DNA of 64,000 bases from assembly GCA_009926625.1 (NCBI GenBank), contig RFON01000011.1, positions 4,713 to 68,712 on the forward strand, in the 5' to 3' direction. The notes below the pieces were generated by a model, which ran no database searches, was not told where the DNA came from, and worked only from the letters and a program-made list of their open reading frames with translations. Shown here one piece after another: positions 18,922 to 30,134 of the stretch. The position numbers and the translations under genes were made by a program. How positions within the stretch are numbered: the stretch's first letter is position 1; each line of letters begins with the position of its first letter. The stretch comes from Planctomycetota bacterium. GTDB lineage: Bacteria > Planctomycetota > Phycisphaerae > Phycisphaerales > SM1A02.

Positions 18922-20251
18922 GTTCGCGCTTGCTGCTGCCGAACTTCGCGAGCAACTTGCGCATCTCGGGATCTGCCTCGCGAGGCTCGATGGCGTTTCG
19001 CCCTCCGAAATCGTCGCCGCGCCCGCGCCCGCGACCGCCGCGCTCGCCCGAGCCACTGTCGCTGCGAACGGGCGCATCGATCAGCGCCTTGATGGACAGG
19101 CTCACGCGCCCGCGCTGAGCGTCCGTCGACAGGACTTTCGCGGTCACCTCTGCTCCGATCTTCAGGGCCCTGTCTGGGCTCGGCAGGCGTTCACGCGAAA
19201 TCTCCGAAACATGAACGAGCCCCTCCACTCCAGGCGCAACCTCGATGAACGCACCGAACGGGGTGATCCGCTTCACCGAGCCCGTCACCGTGCTGCCGAC
19301 AGTGATCGTGCCGATTGCTTCGATCACTGGGTTCGCCATCGTCTGCTTGCGGCTGAGCGTGATGCGCGGCGGCTTCGCGTCCTTGTCGACTCGCAGCACC
19401 CGCACTTGGATGGTCTCGCCGACCTGCACTGCATCCGCGGCCTTCGCGACCATGCCATGCGCCAGTTCGCTGATGGGGATCAGTCCGTCCACGCCACCGA
19501 GATCGGCGAACGCTCCGAAGGGCTGCAACGACACGATCGTCGCCGTTCGCTCCGTGCCAACTTCGATCGACTTCAGCACTTCGTCGCGCTGCTCCGCGCG
19601 GCGGCGCTCCAAGACGCGACGCCGACTGAGCAACATGCGCTCCTTGTTGCGTCGGAGTTCGACGATTTCACACTCGACCTTTTGACCGAGGAAGATCGAG
19701 ATGTCCTCGATGTGCCGAACATCCACCTGCGATGCCGGCATGAAGGCATGGTGGTGCGCAACTTCCATGTCGAGTCCGCCGGCGTTCATGCCAACGCATC
19801 GAGCCTCCACGATGTGCCCAACCTTCAGGTCACTCCAAGGCGCCTTGCTCGCTGCGCCCTCGCGCGCAAGGATCAGCAGTCCCTCAAACGGGTCGAGCCG
19901 CTCGACCACGAACTCCGCTTCATCGCCCGACTTTGGCGGCTCGGTGAAATGATCCAACGGGCAGACGCCCTGGCTCTTTGGCCCGAACTCGACATACACA
20001 TCGTTCCCTCGGATCTCCATGACCCGTCCGACGCGGAGCTGACGCCCGGCGGAGGTGCGGCGGGGGGGCGCACTGGCTGCTGTTCGCGCGGCTGGCCTCG
20101 AACCGCCCGTCGCTGCCAGCAAGTCCTGCTCGCTCAGTCCGCCCATCGCGCGTTCGAGCTCCGCCTCCAAGGCGGACTGGATGCTTGGGACCTCGGGGGA
20201 GGCTCGGGGCTCGGGTGATTGACCCGGTGTCTCGGGGTCATGCGCCTGCAT
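18896..20251 (-). CDS. rpsA: 30S ribosomal protein S1
   Basis: Repeated S1 domains (VGxxxxGxVxxIxxFGAF), e.g. GSTVTGSVKRITPFGAFIEV and TATIVSLQPFGAFADL. RGG-rich C-terminus. Start taken at MQAHD (20251); the track extends to 20362. Confidence 0.88.
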   Translation of the reverse strand: MQAHDPETPGQSPEPRASPEVPSIQSALEAELERAMGGLSEQDLLAATGGSRPAARTAASAPPRRTSAGRQLRVGRVMEIRGNDVYVEFGPKSQGVCPLDHFTEPPKSGDEAEFVVERLDPFEGLLILAREGAASKAPWSDLKVGHIVEARCVGMNAGGLDMEVAHHHAFMPASQVDVRHIEDISIFLGQKVECEIVELRRNKERMLLSRRRVLERRRAEQRDEVLKSIEVGTERTATIVSLQPFGAFADLGGVDGLIPISELAHGMVAKAADAVQVGETIQVRVLRVDKDAKPPRITLSRKQTMANPVIEAIGTITVGSTVTGSVKRITPFGAFIEVAPGVEGLVHVSEISRERLPSPDRALKIGAEVTAKVLSTDAQRGRVSLSIKALIDAPVRSDSGSGERGGRGRGRGDDFGGRNAIEPREADPEMRKLLAKFGSSKRELKGGLGSR

Positions 20252-20501
20252 GGTGATAGGGTAACGCATCTCGCGCCCTGCGGCGGGCGTATACACTCCT
20301 GCTCCCAACATGTTCGACGAGATCCTGACGTGGATACCACGATCTGACGCAAGCTGAATCATGCCGCTCCACCAGATGATCGCTTCGGGCAGTTCCCTTC
20401 GCTGGGTCGACTCGTGTCGATCAGGGCTTGAATTGCCTTGAAATCAGCGCCAAATCTCACCGCACCGCGAAACCCGTCCCCCAGAGACCCCACCAAACCT
20501 A

Positions 20502-22670
20502 ATGGAAGCGAAACACGCATGGGGCATCGAGGTCGGTGAGTTCGCGCTGAAGGCTGTGCGCCTGCAGTTGGTTGGCGAACAAGTGTCTGTCGTTGCGTTT
20601 GAGGTTATTCCCCACACCAAGGTGCTCTCGGATCCCTCGGTTTCCGATCGGGCGGGGATGGTGCAGATCACCCTCGGTGCCTTCGTGCAGCGGCACGAGC
20701 AGGAGTTGTCGACCGAGCCGATCGTGATGAGCCTCCCCAGCAGCATGGCGTTTGCGCGCTTCGCGGCGATTCCTGCCGTGGATGCCAAGTCGCTGCGGAG
20801 CATGGTGGAGTACGAGGCGAAACAGCAGATCCCATTCCCGATCGACGAAGTGGAGTGGGACAGTCATGTGCTGCCCCCTGATGACGCGGGTCAATGCGCC
20901 ATCGGCATTTTTGCCGTCACGAAGGATCGGCTGCAGGAACTTCTCGGGCTGCTGGCTGAAAACGGCCTCGAACCCGATGTCCTGACATTGAGTTCGGTGG
21001 CGGTTTACAACGCACTGCAGTATGACCTGCAGCTCGATGAGGGCAGCCCAAGCGTGGCATGTCTTGACATCGGCACCAACACCTCGGACCTGATCGTCAT
21101 GTCCGGTCCGAAGATGTGGATTCGTACCTTCGCGCTCGGGGGTTCGCAGTTTACCCAAGCCATTGCGGATGCCTTCGCATCGCAGAATATCGATTATTCA
21201 AGGGCGGAAGCGGTGAAGGTGCAGCGCAACCCAAACGAGAAGACCCAGCGGGGACGAACGATGGCCATGCGCAATGTCACGGCGCAGCTGGTGGAGGAGG
21301 TTGGTCGTTCCCGCGAATTCTTCCTGTCGGCGAACGATGGTGCGGCGCTCGATCACATCATCGGCGTGGGTTCGACGCTCAAGATTTCAGGACTGCGCAC
21401 AAAGATCGCAGGTGACCTGCAACTGAAGGTGGAACGGCTCGAGCGCTTCAAGCGCATCGAGGTCAACGGTCCGGATCCCGTGAAGTTCGAGGAGGGGTCG
21501 ATCAATCTGCTGACGGCCGTCGGGCTCGGCCTGCAGGGGCTCGGCCTCGCCAAGGTGCCACTCAACCTTGCGCCAATCGCTCGAGTCCGCAAGAAGGTGT
21601 GGCAGGCGAAGACACCATGGTTCGTGGCCGCCGCGGCGCTGTTGGTCCTCGCCTCGATCAGCATGTTTGCGCGTGTCATGTTGGACCGCATCGCCCTGTC
21701 GAACATCGAGCCCGTAGTTGAACGAGCGTCGAGTACCGCGCAGCGTGGCAAGGCTCAACTCGGCGAGCTCCAACGGGCGCAGGAGGTCGCGGGCGTTGGT
21801 GCCTCGGACTCGAATGCGCTGGACTTGCTTGCCGGTCGGGAGGTGTGGCCTTGGATCGTCCACGACACATTCGCCGCACTGCAGGCGTCAGCGCCGGCAA
21901 GCGTTGAAACGGGCATGGATCCGCAAGCCATCCGCGCGATCGACCTCGCTCGGCGTCGGCTTGTTCGCCTCGAGGACCTCTCAGGTGAATACACGGTGGA
22001 TCCGTCCACCCAAGCGCGCGTGATCACGGTCTCCGCACGCATTCGCCTTAGTGGGAAGAACGCAGACAAGGATCTCGATCCAACCCAGTTCCTCAACAAC
22101 GAGCAGACGGGCGTTCTCGCTTGGTTGCGCGCAAACAAGGATCGCGCGGAGGTTCCCTATGTGATCGAAACGGACGCGCTCGACGTGCCCAAGTGGGTTG
22201 AGGTCAAGGGTGGAAAGTTGTCTGAGGAGTTGCCACCGAGCGGCGATACAGGTTCGGAAGGCGGCTTTGGCTCGGCAGCCAGCGGATCCGCGGGTATTGC
22301 AGCAGGCGGTGCAGGCGCTGGCCAGAGCGGCGGAGGTGCGCTGAAGAAGCGGAATACTGGACCGATCGAAGACAAGCCCACTGGCTTTCGCGGCTCGATC
22401 GGAAGCGGTGACGATGCTCCATCTGGGGCTGAGTCGGACGAGGCGGAAGGTCCAAGCGGAAGCGGTGCTGTCTCACGCCGTCGGGCCAAGACCCAAGTGA
22501 GTTCCGCGGAGGGACTGCCCGAAGTGGACATGGACAAGGAGGCTCCACTTCCGCAGGCGCCGCGGCTTGTCGGCGTGAATGACAAGGAGTTCGAAGGCGT
22601 CCTGAAGTTCCGCCTGAAGTTGCGTGCATCAGGTGCACCGGGCTCGAGTCCTGAGGGGGCGGCGCAGTGA
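20502..22670 (+). CDS. PilM-like actin-fold ATPase fused to a PilN-like transmembrane segment and a long low-complexity tail
   Basis: PilM-type motifs WGIEVGEFALKAV, QQIPFPIDEVEWD, LDIGTNTSDLIVM, GGSQFTQAIADAF. Then INLLTAVG..PWFVAAAALLVLASISMF (PilN-like anchor), followed by a Gly/Ser-rich tail. Confidence 0.8.
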   Translation: MEAKHAWGIEVGEFALKAVRLQLVGEQVSVVAFEVIPHTKVLSDPSVSDRAGMVQITLGAFVQRHEQELSTEPIVMSLPSSMAFARFAAIPAVDAKSLRSMVEYEAKQQIPFPIDEVEWDSHVLPPDDAGQCAIGIFAVTKDRLQELLGLLAENGLEPDVLTLSSVAVYNALQYDLQLDEGSPSVACLDIGTNTSDLIVMSGPKMWIRTFALGGSQFTQAIADAFASQNIDYSRAEAVKVQRNPNEKTQRGRTMAMRNVTAQLVEEVGRSREFFLSANDGAALDHIIGVGSTLKISGLRTKIAGDLQLKVERLERFKRIEVNGPDPVKFEEGSINLLTAVGLGLQGLGLAKVPLNLAPIARVRKKVWQAKTPWFVAAAALLVLASISMFARVMLDRIALSNIEPVVERASSTAQRGKAQLGELQRAQEVAGVGASDSNALDLLAGREVWPWIVHDTFAALQASAPASVETGMDPQAIRAIDLARRRLVRLEDLSGEYTVDPSTQARVITVSARIRLSGKNADKDLDPTQFLNNEQTGVLAWLRANKDRAEVPYVIETDALDVPKWVEVKGGKLSEELPPSGDTGSEGGFGSAASGSAGIAAGGAGAGQSGGGALKKRNTGPIEDKPTGFRGSIGSGDDAPSGAESDEAEGPSGSGAVSRRRAKTQVSSAEGLPEVDMDKEAPLPQAPRLVGVNDKEFEGVLKFRLKLRASGAPGSSPEGAAQ

Positions 22671-24190
22671 AGCTCAAGCTCGACCTGAAGGGGTTGCTCG
22701 GGAAGAAGAAGGGCGCGGAGCTCGATCCCGACGGCATCGTGGTCGATGGGGAGAAGTCTGCGGGGAATGCCAAGGCGCGTGCTGCCCTCGTGTGGGTCAA
22801 GTCCAATGCACTCGTGGTGATCCTCGCAGTTGTGTCGATCGGCTCGCTCGTGCTCGCGTACCTTTTCAGCAGCGATCTTGCCGCTGGAAATCAGAAGAGC
22901 GCGTCTGAGAAAGCGCAGCATCTGGACAGCCTGAGGTCGCTTGAGCGATCAAGTGTCACCATCACCATTCCCGGGAACGAGCCTATTCAATTCTCGGGAG
23001 TTGTCAGCAGGAAGTTGGTTGAAGAGGTTCGTACTCGCATGAGTTCGGGGGACGAGAAGTCGGAGGATGTGATGGCGCTTGCCGTCTTGCACAACAGCAA
23101 GAAGCGCGAGCCAGCCATGCCACTTCGCCTCGATGCGAAGAGCCCGAAGGTTCAACAGGTGCACCTCGACATGCTCGAAGCGCTTTCCAAGGAGTATGAC
23201 CAGTTGCTCGAGAAGTGTCGTGCCACGCTGCCGCCGAGCGAAGACGATGTGCGAACGGAGTTGAGGCGCACCAAGGCGCGCTTCCTCCAGATGAATCAGG
23301 TTGCGCAGACGAATCCATCCACCGCCCAAGCAGCGGGGCCATCGGGGCCCGTCGATGGCAAGAGCAAGTCGGTGCTCGATGCCGCGCTACAGGGGCAGTT
23401 ACGCAGCGAACTGCAGGCTCGGCGGCTGGGCGAGTACAGCAAGGCCGCTGCGGAGGGCGGGTTGTATTGCTCTGCGGGCGCGCTTGGTTTCGACCCAAAG
23501 CCGGCCAGTGAAGGGAAGGCCGATGCGCGCCTCATCGAATTGTGGAGGCGCCAGATGAAGTTCTGGATCGCCGAGGATGTGGTGGAAGCATGCCGAGCCG
23601 TCAACGGATCGAAGTCGATCCCCGAGGCAGCCGTCAAACGAATTGTGGGAATCAACTTCGTGACGCTCCCTGGCGGCAGCGATGATGGTCAGGGTGGATC
23701 GCTCGCTGACTCGCAACCCCCTGCGGAGCAGCCGGTCGAAGGAGCAGCCGAAGGAACAGTGGGCAACGCGGATGCGCTCACGGGACCGCCCATCGACCCG
23801 CAGGCGCCCGTGACACGAAGTTTTGAGAAGAGCCTTTCTGGCTGGGCAACCAACCAACTCTTCGATGTGCACACTTCGGTGGTGCGATGCGTGGTCGAGA
23901 CCTCCAAGATCCCCGCGTTCATGAATGCGCTGGCGAAACGCAACTTCATCGTGGTGACGGATGTGCGAGTTGCGCCGGTCGATCCCTTCGCGGCGATCCA
24001 AGAGGGCTTTTATTACGGAGCGAGCGAGCCAGTCTCGCTGGTGACGCTGACCATCGACAGTGCATGGCTGCGGCAGTGGACTGGCGCTTTCATGCCTGAT
24101 CCCGTTCGGAAGAAACTCGGGACCTCAGGTCAGGTCCAAGGCGGAGTTCAGGACGGTGATGTTGCTCCGAACGGCGGTGCCGGGTCGTAG
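22667..24190 (+). CDS. Bitopic membrane protein, unknown function (507 aa)
   Basis: GTGA overlap with the pilMN-like gene. One N-terminal TM helix (ALVVILAVVSIGSLVLAYLF). No motif recognised. Confidence 0.6.
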   Translation: MKLKLDLKGLLGKKKGAELDPDGIVVDGEKSAGNAKARAALVWVKSNALVVILAVVSIGSLVLAYLFSSDLAAGNQKSASEKAQHLDSLRSLERSSVTITIPGNEPIQFSGVVSRKLVEEVRTRMSSGDEKSEDVMALAVLHNSKKREPAMPLRLDAKSPKVQQVHLDMLEALSKEYDQLLEKCRATLPPSEDDVRTELRRTKARFLQMNQVAQTNPSTAQAAGPSGPVDGKSKSVLDAALQGQLRSELQARRLGEYSKAAAEGGLYCSAGALGFDPKPASEGKADARLIELWRRQMKFWIAEDVVEACRAVNGSKSIPEAAVKRIVGINFVTLPGGSDDGQGGSLADSQPPAEQPVEGAAEGTVGNADALTGPPIDPQAPVTRSFEKSLSGWATNQLFDVHTSVVRCVVETSKIPAFMNALAKRNFIVVTDVRVAPVDPFAAIQEGFYYGASEPVSLVTLTIDSAWLRQWTGAFMPDPVRKKLGTSGQVQGGVQDGDVAPNGGAGS

Positions 24191-24272
24191 GCATAAGGCG
24201 CAGAGGCAGAATGAGTCGGTGAACCGCGATGATTCTCTTTGACGGACAGTGACTGACAGGAGTACCTCAACG

Positions 24273-26171
24273 ATGGCCGGCAAGAAGATCGGATTCCTTG
24301 AACTGCACTGGGAGAAGTTGCTCGCGGGCGCCAGTGGCGCGGCACTCGTCGGAGTGCTGGTGTGGGAACTGGTGCTGAGCGGCACGACCGTGAAGGTCGG
24401 CAGCGAATCACTTTCGGTCCCCGATTTTGCGGACAAGTTGACCAAGCAGGAGCAGACGGTCGAGCGAAAGCTATCGGGCGACTTGCCGGATGGTCTTCAA
24501 ATCCCCCAGCGCAAGAGCGTCTCCACGGCCGCTGAGTTCACTTCCAAGCGCGATGCCGACCTGGTGGCAGGCGACCTACCCCGAAATCGACCGTGGTTTG
24601 GCGGCATGCTGACGGGACTTGCGGGCGATCGCAATGTCTGGTTCCACGAACCGAAGTTTGCCGCGCCGAAGGCGGGGCGCGTCCTCGTGACACGAGATGC
24701 GTTCGACAGCGCGGCAATCGCAGCCGAAGACATGAAGGAGTTCGAGAAGTCCTCGCCGACCTTCGTCGATCGATTCTTGAAGTCGGAGTCTGCCGATGTG
24801 ACATGGGCAACGCCGACTGCGACCGTGTCCCTCAAAGGACTTTGGGCAGAGTTGCAGCAGGAGTCGCCTTCGGAGCGTCCGCCCCGAGAACGGATCAAGG
24901 CGCCCTGGACCAACGGGACTGATGCGGGTGGACTGATGATCGTCGATGTTGTGTTCGAGCGCCGTCAGAAGAAGCCCGATGGGTCGTGGGGCAACCCAGT
25001 CGCCGTGGCGCCTGTGGTCGGAGCTCTTTCGTACCGCGTTGACATGTCATCGGCGGAAACTGGATCCGCGTCGCTTCGCGATTCGCTGACGCAAGGGCTG
25101 TTGGACATCGGGGCTCAAATGGACATCTTGCAGCCGCCGTTGCTGCCGATGAAGGGTGGCTACTTTGTCGAACCCACCGTTCCGAGTGGTGGTGCGACAG
25201 CAGTCGATCCCGCCGTGGCCGCACGCCAACGCGACGAACGAAAGCTCCAAGCCGCTCGCGCCCAGGTTGACCGCACCGCAAAGCAATTGGAGGACAAGGG
25301 GGGAAGACTCGACCCGCCTCCGCCGGGCTCCACCGGCGGCACTGGCGGTGGAACCGCGCCCCCCAAGGAGAAGGGTGGCGGAGGCCCTCCTGGCATGGGT
25401 GGCGGCGGATCCATGAAGAAGGAGAAGCGCGGCGCGGATGGCCAGGAAGAGAACAAGGAAGCGCGCATTGCATTGACCAAGAAGTTGGACCGCGAGCGGG
25501 CGAGCCTGAGGAAACTGGAGGAGGCATTCGCCAAGGCCTATCCGGAGCAGAAGGTTGCCGCGAAGGTCGAGTCTGCCCCAGAACCTCCGCTTCGTGATCG
25601 CGATGATCTCATGGTGTGGACGCACGATTTCGATATTCAAGATGGCGCCACCTATCAATACCGGGCAACGGTTGTTGTATTCAATCCGTTCTTCACTAGG
25701 AAGGATGTTCTCGTCACGGAGCAGCAGGCGCTCGACCGCGGGGCGGGACTCGCATCAGCCGTCTCGGCTTGGGGACCCGAGGTGACCATCGGGGACTCCA
25801 CCGAGTTTTTCCTGACTCGCGGCTCTGCCCGCGATGGTGTGGGTGGTCGCCGTGTCACCGTGGAGCTCTTTCGCTACATCGATGGCGTTGTACGGAGCAC
25901 GTCGGAGGATGTGCTCGTCGGCGATCCTGTTGGGAAGGCTGCGGTCGGCAAGAGCGGCGGCGGTGATTTCCGAACGCCGTATTATCTCGTGGATATATTC
26001 GATGACGGAGCCGATGGGCTGGTTGCGGTATTCGAAGCGCGCTCGGCAACTGGGCAGTCAGCGATTGAGATGCGCACGCTTGCGGACAAGGACTCTGAGC
26101 AGTATCGAACGCTTCGCAGTCTCGCGTCCGCCGCGTCGCCGAAGAAGGTTGCCGCCGGGGAATCCAAGTAG
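24273..26171 (+). CDS. Bitopic membrane protein, unknown function (about 632 aa)
   Basis: ATG at 24273 with GGAG 9 nt upstream; the track gives a GTG at 24249. N-terminal TM helix (LLAGASGAALVGVLVWELVL). Gly/Pro low-complexity linker (PPPPGSTGGTGGGTAPPKEKGGGGPPGMGGGG). Beta-rich C-terminal domain (TYQYRATVVVFNPFF). Confidence 0.6.
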   Translation: MAGKKIGFLELHWEKLLAGASGAALVGVLVWELVLSGTTVKVGSESLSVPDFADKLTKQEQTVERKLSGDLPDGLQIPQRKSVSTAAEFTSKRDADLVAGDLPRNRPWFGGMLTGLAGDRNVWFHEPKFAAPKAGRVLVTRDAFDSAAIAAEDMKEFEKSSPTFVDRFLKSESADVTWATPTATVSLKGLWAELQQESPSERPPRERIKAPWTNGTDAGGLMIVDVVFERRQKKPDGSWGNPVAVAPVVGALSYRVDMSSAETGSASLRDSLTQGLLDIGAQMDILQPPLLPMKGGYFVEPTVPSGGATAVDPAVAARQRDERKLQAARAQVDRTAKQLEDKGGRLDPPPPGSTGGTGGGTAPPKEKGGGGPPGMGGGGSMKKEKRGADGQEENKEARIALTKKLDRERASLRKLEEAFAKAYPEQKVAAKVESAPEPPLRDRDDLMVWTHDFDIQDGATYQYRATVVVFNPFFTRKDVLVTEQQALDRGAGLASAVSAWGPEVTIGDSTEFFLTRGSARDGVGGRRVTVELFRYIDGVVRSTSEDVLVGDPVGKAAVGKSGGGDFRTPYYLVDIFDDGADGLVAVFEARSATGQSAIEMRTLADKDSEQYRTLRSLASAASPKKVAAGESK

Positions 26172-26344
26172 ATCGCGCGTCCGCAGCGTTTGCGTCCACT
26201 CCCCGAGGGTGGGCACGGTCGAATGCGGGCAAGTGCGCGTCGCGAGCCGCGGTTGTGGGTGGGGGGAATCTTCGACCCACCCAGAGCGCTCGTGAGTGTA
26301 AGTATCTGTTGAAGAAACAGTTGTGATCAGCTGTTGATGTTGCA

Positions 26345-26366
26345 TTTGCACATCACTTTGCACATC
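26345..26366. repeat. Two direct copies of TTTGCACATC, 12-bp register, upstream of the rRNA promoter
   Basis: tttgcacatc at 26345-26354 and at 26357-26366, located 45-66 bp upstream of the -35 hexamer. Confidence 0.6.
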
Positions 26367-26410
26367 GATGGTGGGGTGGTGGGGCGTAAGGCGATTGTGC
26401 CTCGATGCGC

Positions 26411-26439
26411 TTGACAGCCTCGCGGTGCTTCGGTACGAT
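26411..26439 (+). promoter_or_regulatory. Sigma70-type promoter of the 23S-5S rRNA operon
   Basis: TTGACA (26411-26416), a 17-nt spacer, then TACGAT (26434-26439). Lies about 290 nt upstream of mature 23S. Confidence 0.55.
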
Positions 26440-26471
26440 TTTCCTTCTGCGCTGTTCCACAACATCGCAGG

Positions 26472-26522
26472 GGGCGCAAGCCCAAATGTCTCGTTTGATT
26501 CGTTCGATTGCATCTTTGACAA
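26472..26522 (+). promoter_or_regulatory. rRNA leader antitermination-like elements (boxB-like GNRA hairpin plus boxA-like box)
   Basis: gggc-gcaa-gccc hairpin at 26472-26483. TGCATCTTTGACAA at 26509-26522 resembles E. coli boxA TGCTCTTTAACAA. Confidence 0.4.
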
Positions 26523-26730
26523 GTGAGGATCTGATGTCGCATGCTGAATGCGGTGTTTTGTTCAACCACATTCAGCAAGCATGTGAATCGAGTCAAGAAT
26601 CCGGATTTGCGTGGCGTTCCAACGCTTCGCAGATCTGCGTGTTTTTTCGAGTTTTGTTAGTTTGAAATGAGCAGCTTGAAGGCTGGTCGCGTCAATCGGA
26701 CTTCGGTGCAAACCGGGATTCGGTAGGCGT

Positions 26731-29503
<2,773 letters not shown>

Positions 29504-29739
29504 TTGTCTACCAAGTCCCGTTTTACGGGCTCGGTGCAAGGCGACCAGCAACTCATGTTGCTCGTCTCAAACGCGCTCAGACACGCTCGAACCGTGCGCA
29601 GGCATGCCCTGCATGACCATTGCGCACTGATTTGCAAGATTGTTTGGATAGAGTTTCTTGCTTGGGATTGCTTTGGCAGTCCCATGCGACATCAGACCTC
29701 GACTTCAGCCGCGGCGGCCCGACAGGGCTTCCACGGTTT

Positions 29740-29847
29740 TGTCGGTGACAACAAGCGAAAGGAAACACCTGTTCCCATCCCGAACACAGAAGTGAAATTT
29801 TCGCTGCCGATGATACTGCTCAGCGGGAAAGTAGGTCATTGCCGACT
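29740..29847 (+). rRNA. rrf: 5S ribosomal RNA
   Basis: tgtcggtgacaac...cccatcccgaacacagaagtgaaa...gggaaagtaggtcattgccgac, a canonical 5S core. Separated from 23S by an ITS of about 235 nt. Confidence 0.9.
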
Positions 29848-29851
29848 TCTT

Positions 29852-29890
29852 GAGCCCCGTCCAGGAAACTGGACGGGGCTCTTTCGTTTC
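29852..29890 (+). terminator. Rho-independent terminator of the rRNA operon
   Basis: gagccccgtcc / ggacggggctc 11-bp stem followed by tttcgtttc. Confidence 0.8.
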
Positions 29891-29895
29891 TCGCC

Positions 29896-29985
29896 GTGCA
29901 TGGGGTGCATGGGGTGCATGGGGTGCATGGGCTGCATGGGCTGCATGGGGTGCATGGAGTTGATGGGGTTCATGGGGTGCGTGGC
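29896..29985. repeat. Tandem 9-bp repeat (GTGCATGGG) x10, last three units degenerate
   Basis: Units read in register from 29896. Four perfect gtgcatggg units, two ctgcatggg, then gtgcatgga, gttgatggg, gttcatggg, gtgcgtggc. Seven copies of TGCATG. Confidence 0.95.
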
Positions 29986-30134
29986 GCTCTCGGAGGGACT
30001 TCGATTGTTTCCGTGAGCTTCGCTGCCGCGATCCGCATTGCAGCGCGTTCCTGACTGCGGTGACCCTTGCGAGATTGGTTTTGTGGTAGTCTCCCGATCG
30101 GTTTCATTTCCTCCGGGGCTCGGACGAGTCCTTC

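Noticed and set aside
18665-20218. 517-aa plus-strand ORF
   Set aside because: Antisense to rpsA, which has repeated S1 domains. No recognisable domain.
29896-29985. Possible CRISPR array
   Set aside because: The units are only 9 bp and directly abutting, with no spacers, and there are no cas genes in the window. It is a microsatellite-like tandem repeat.
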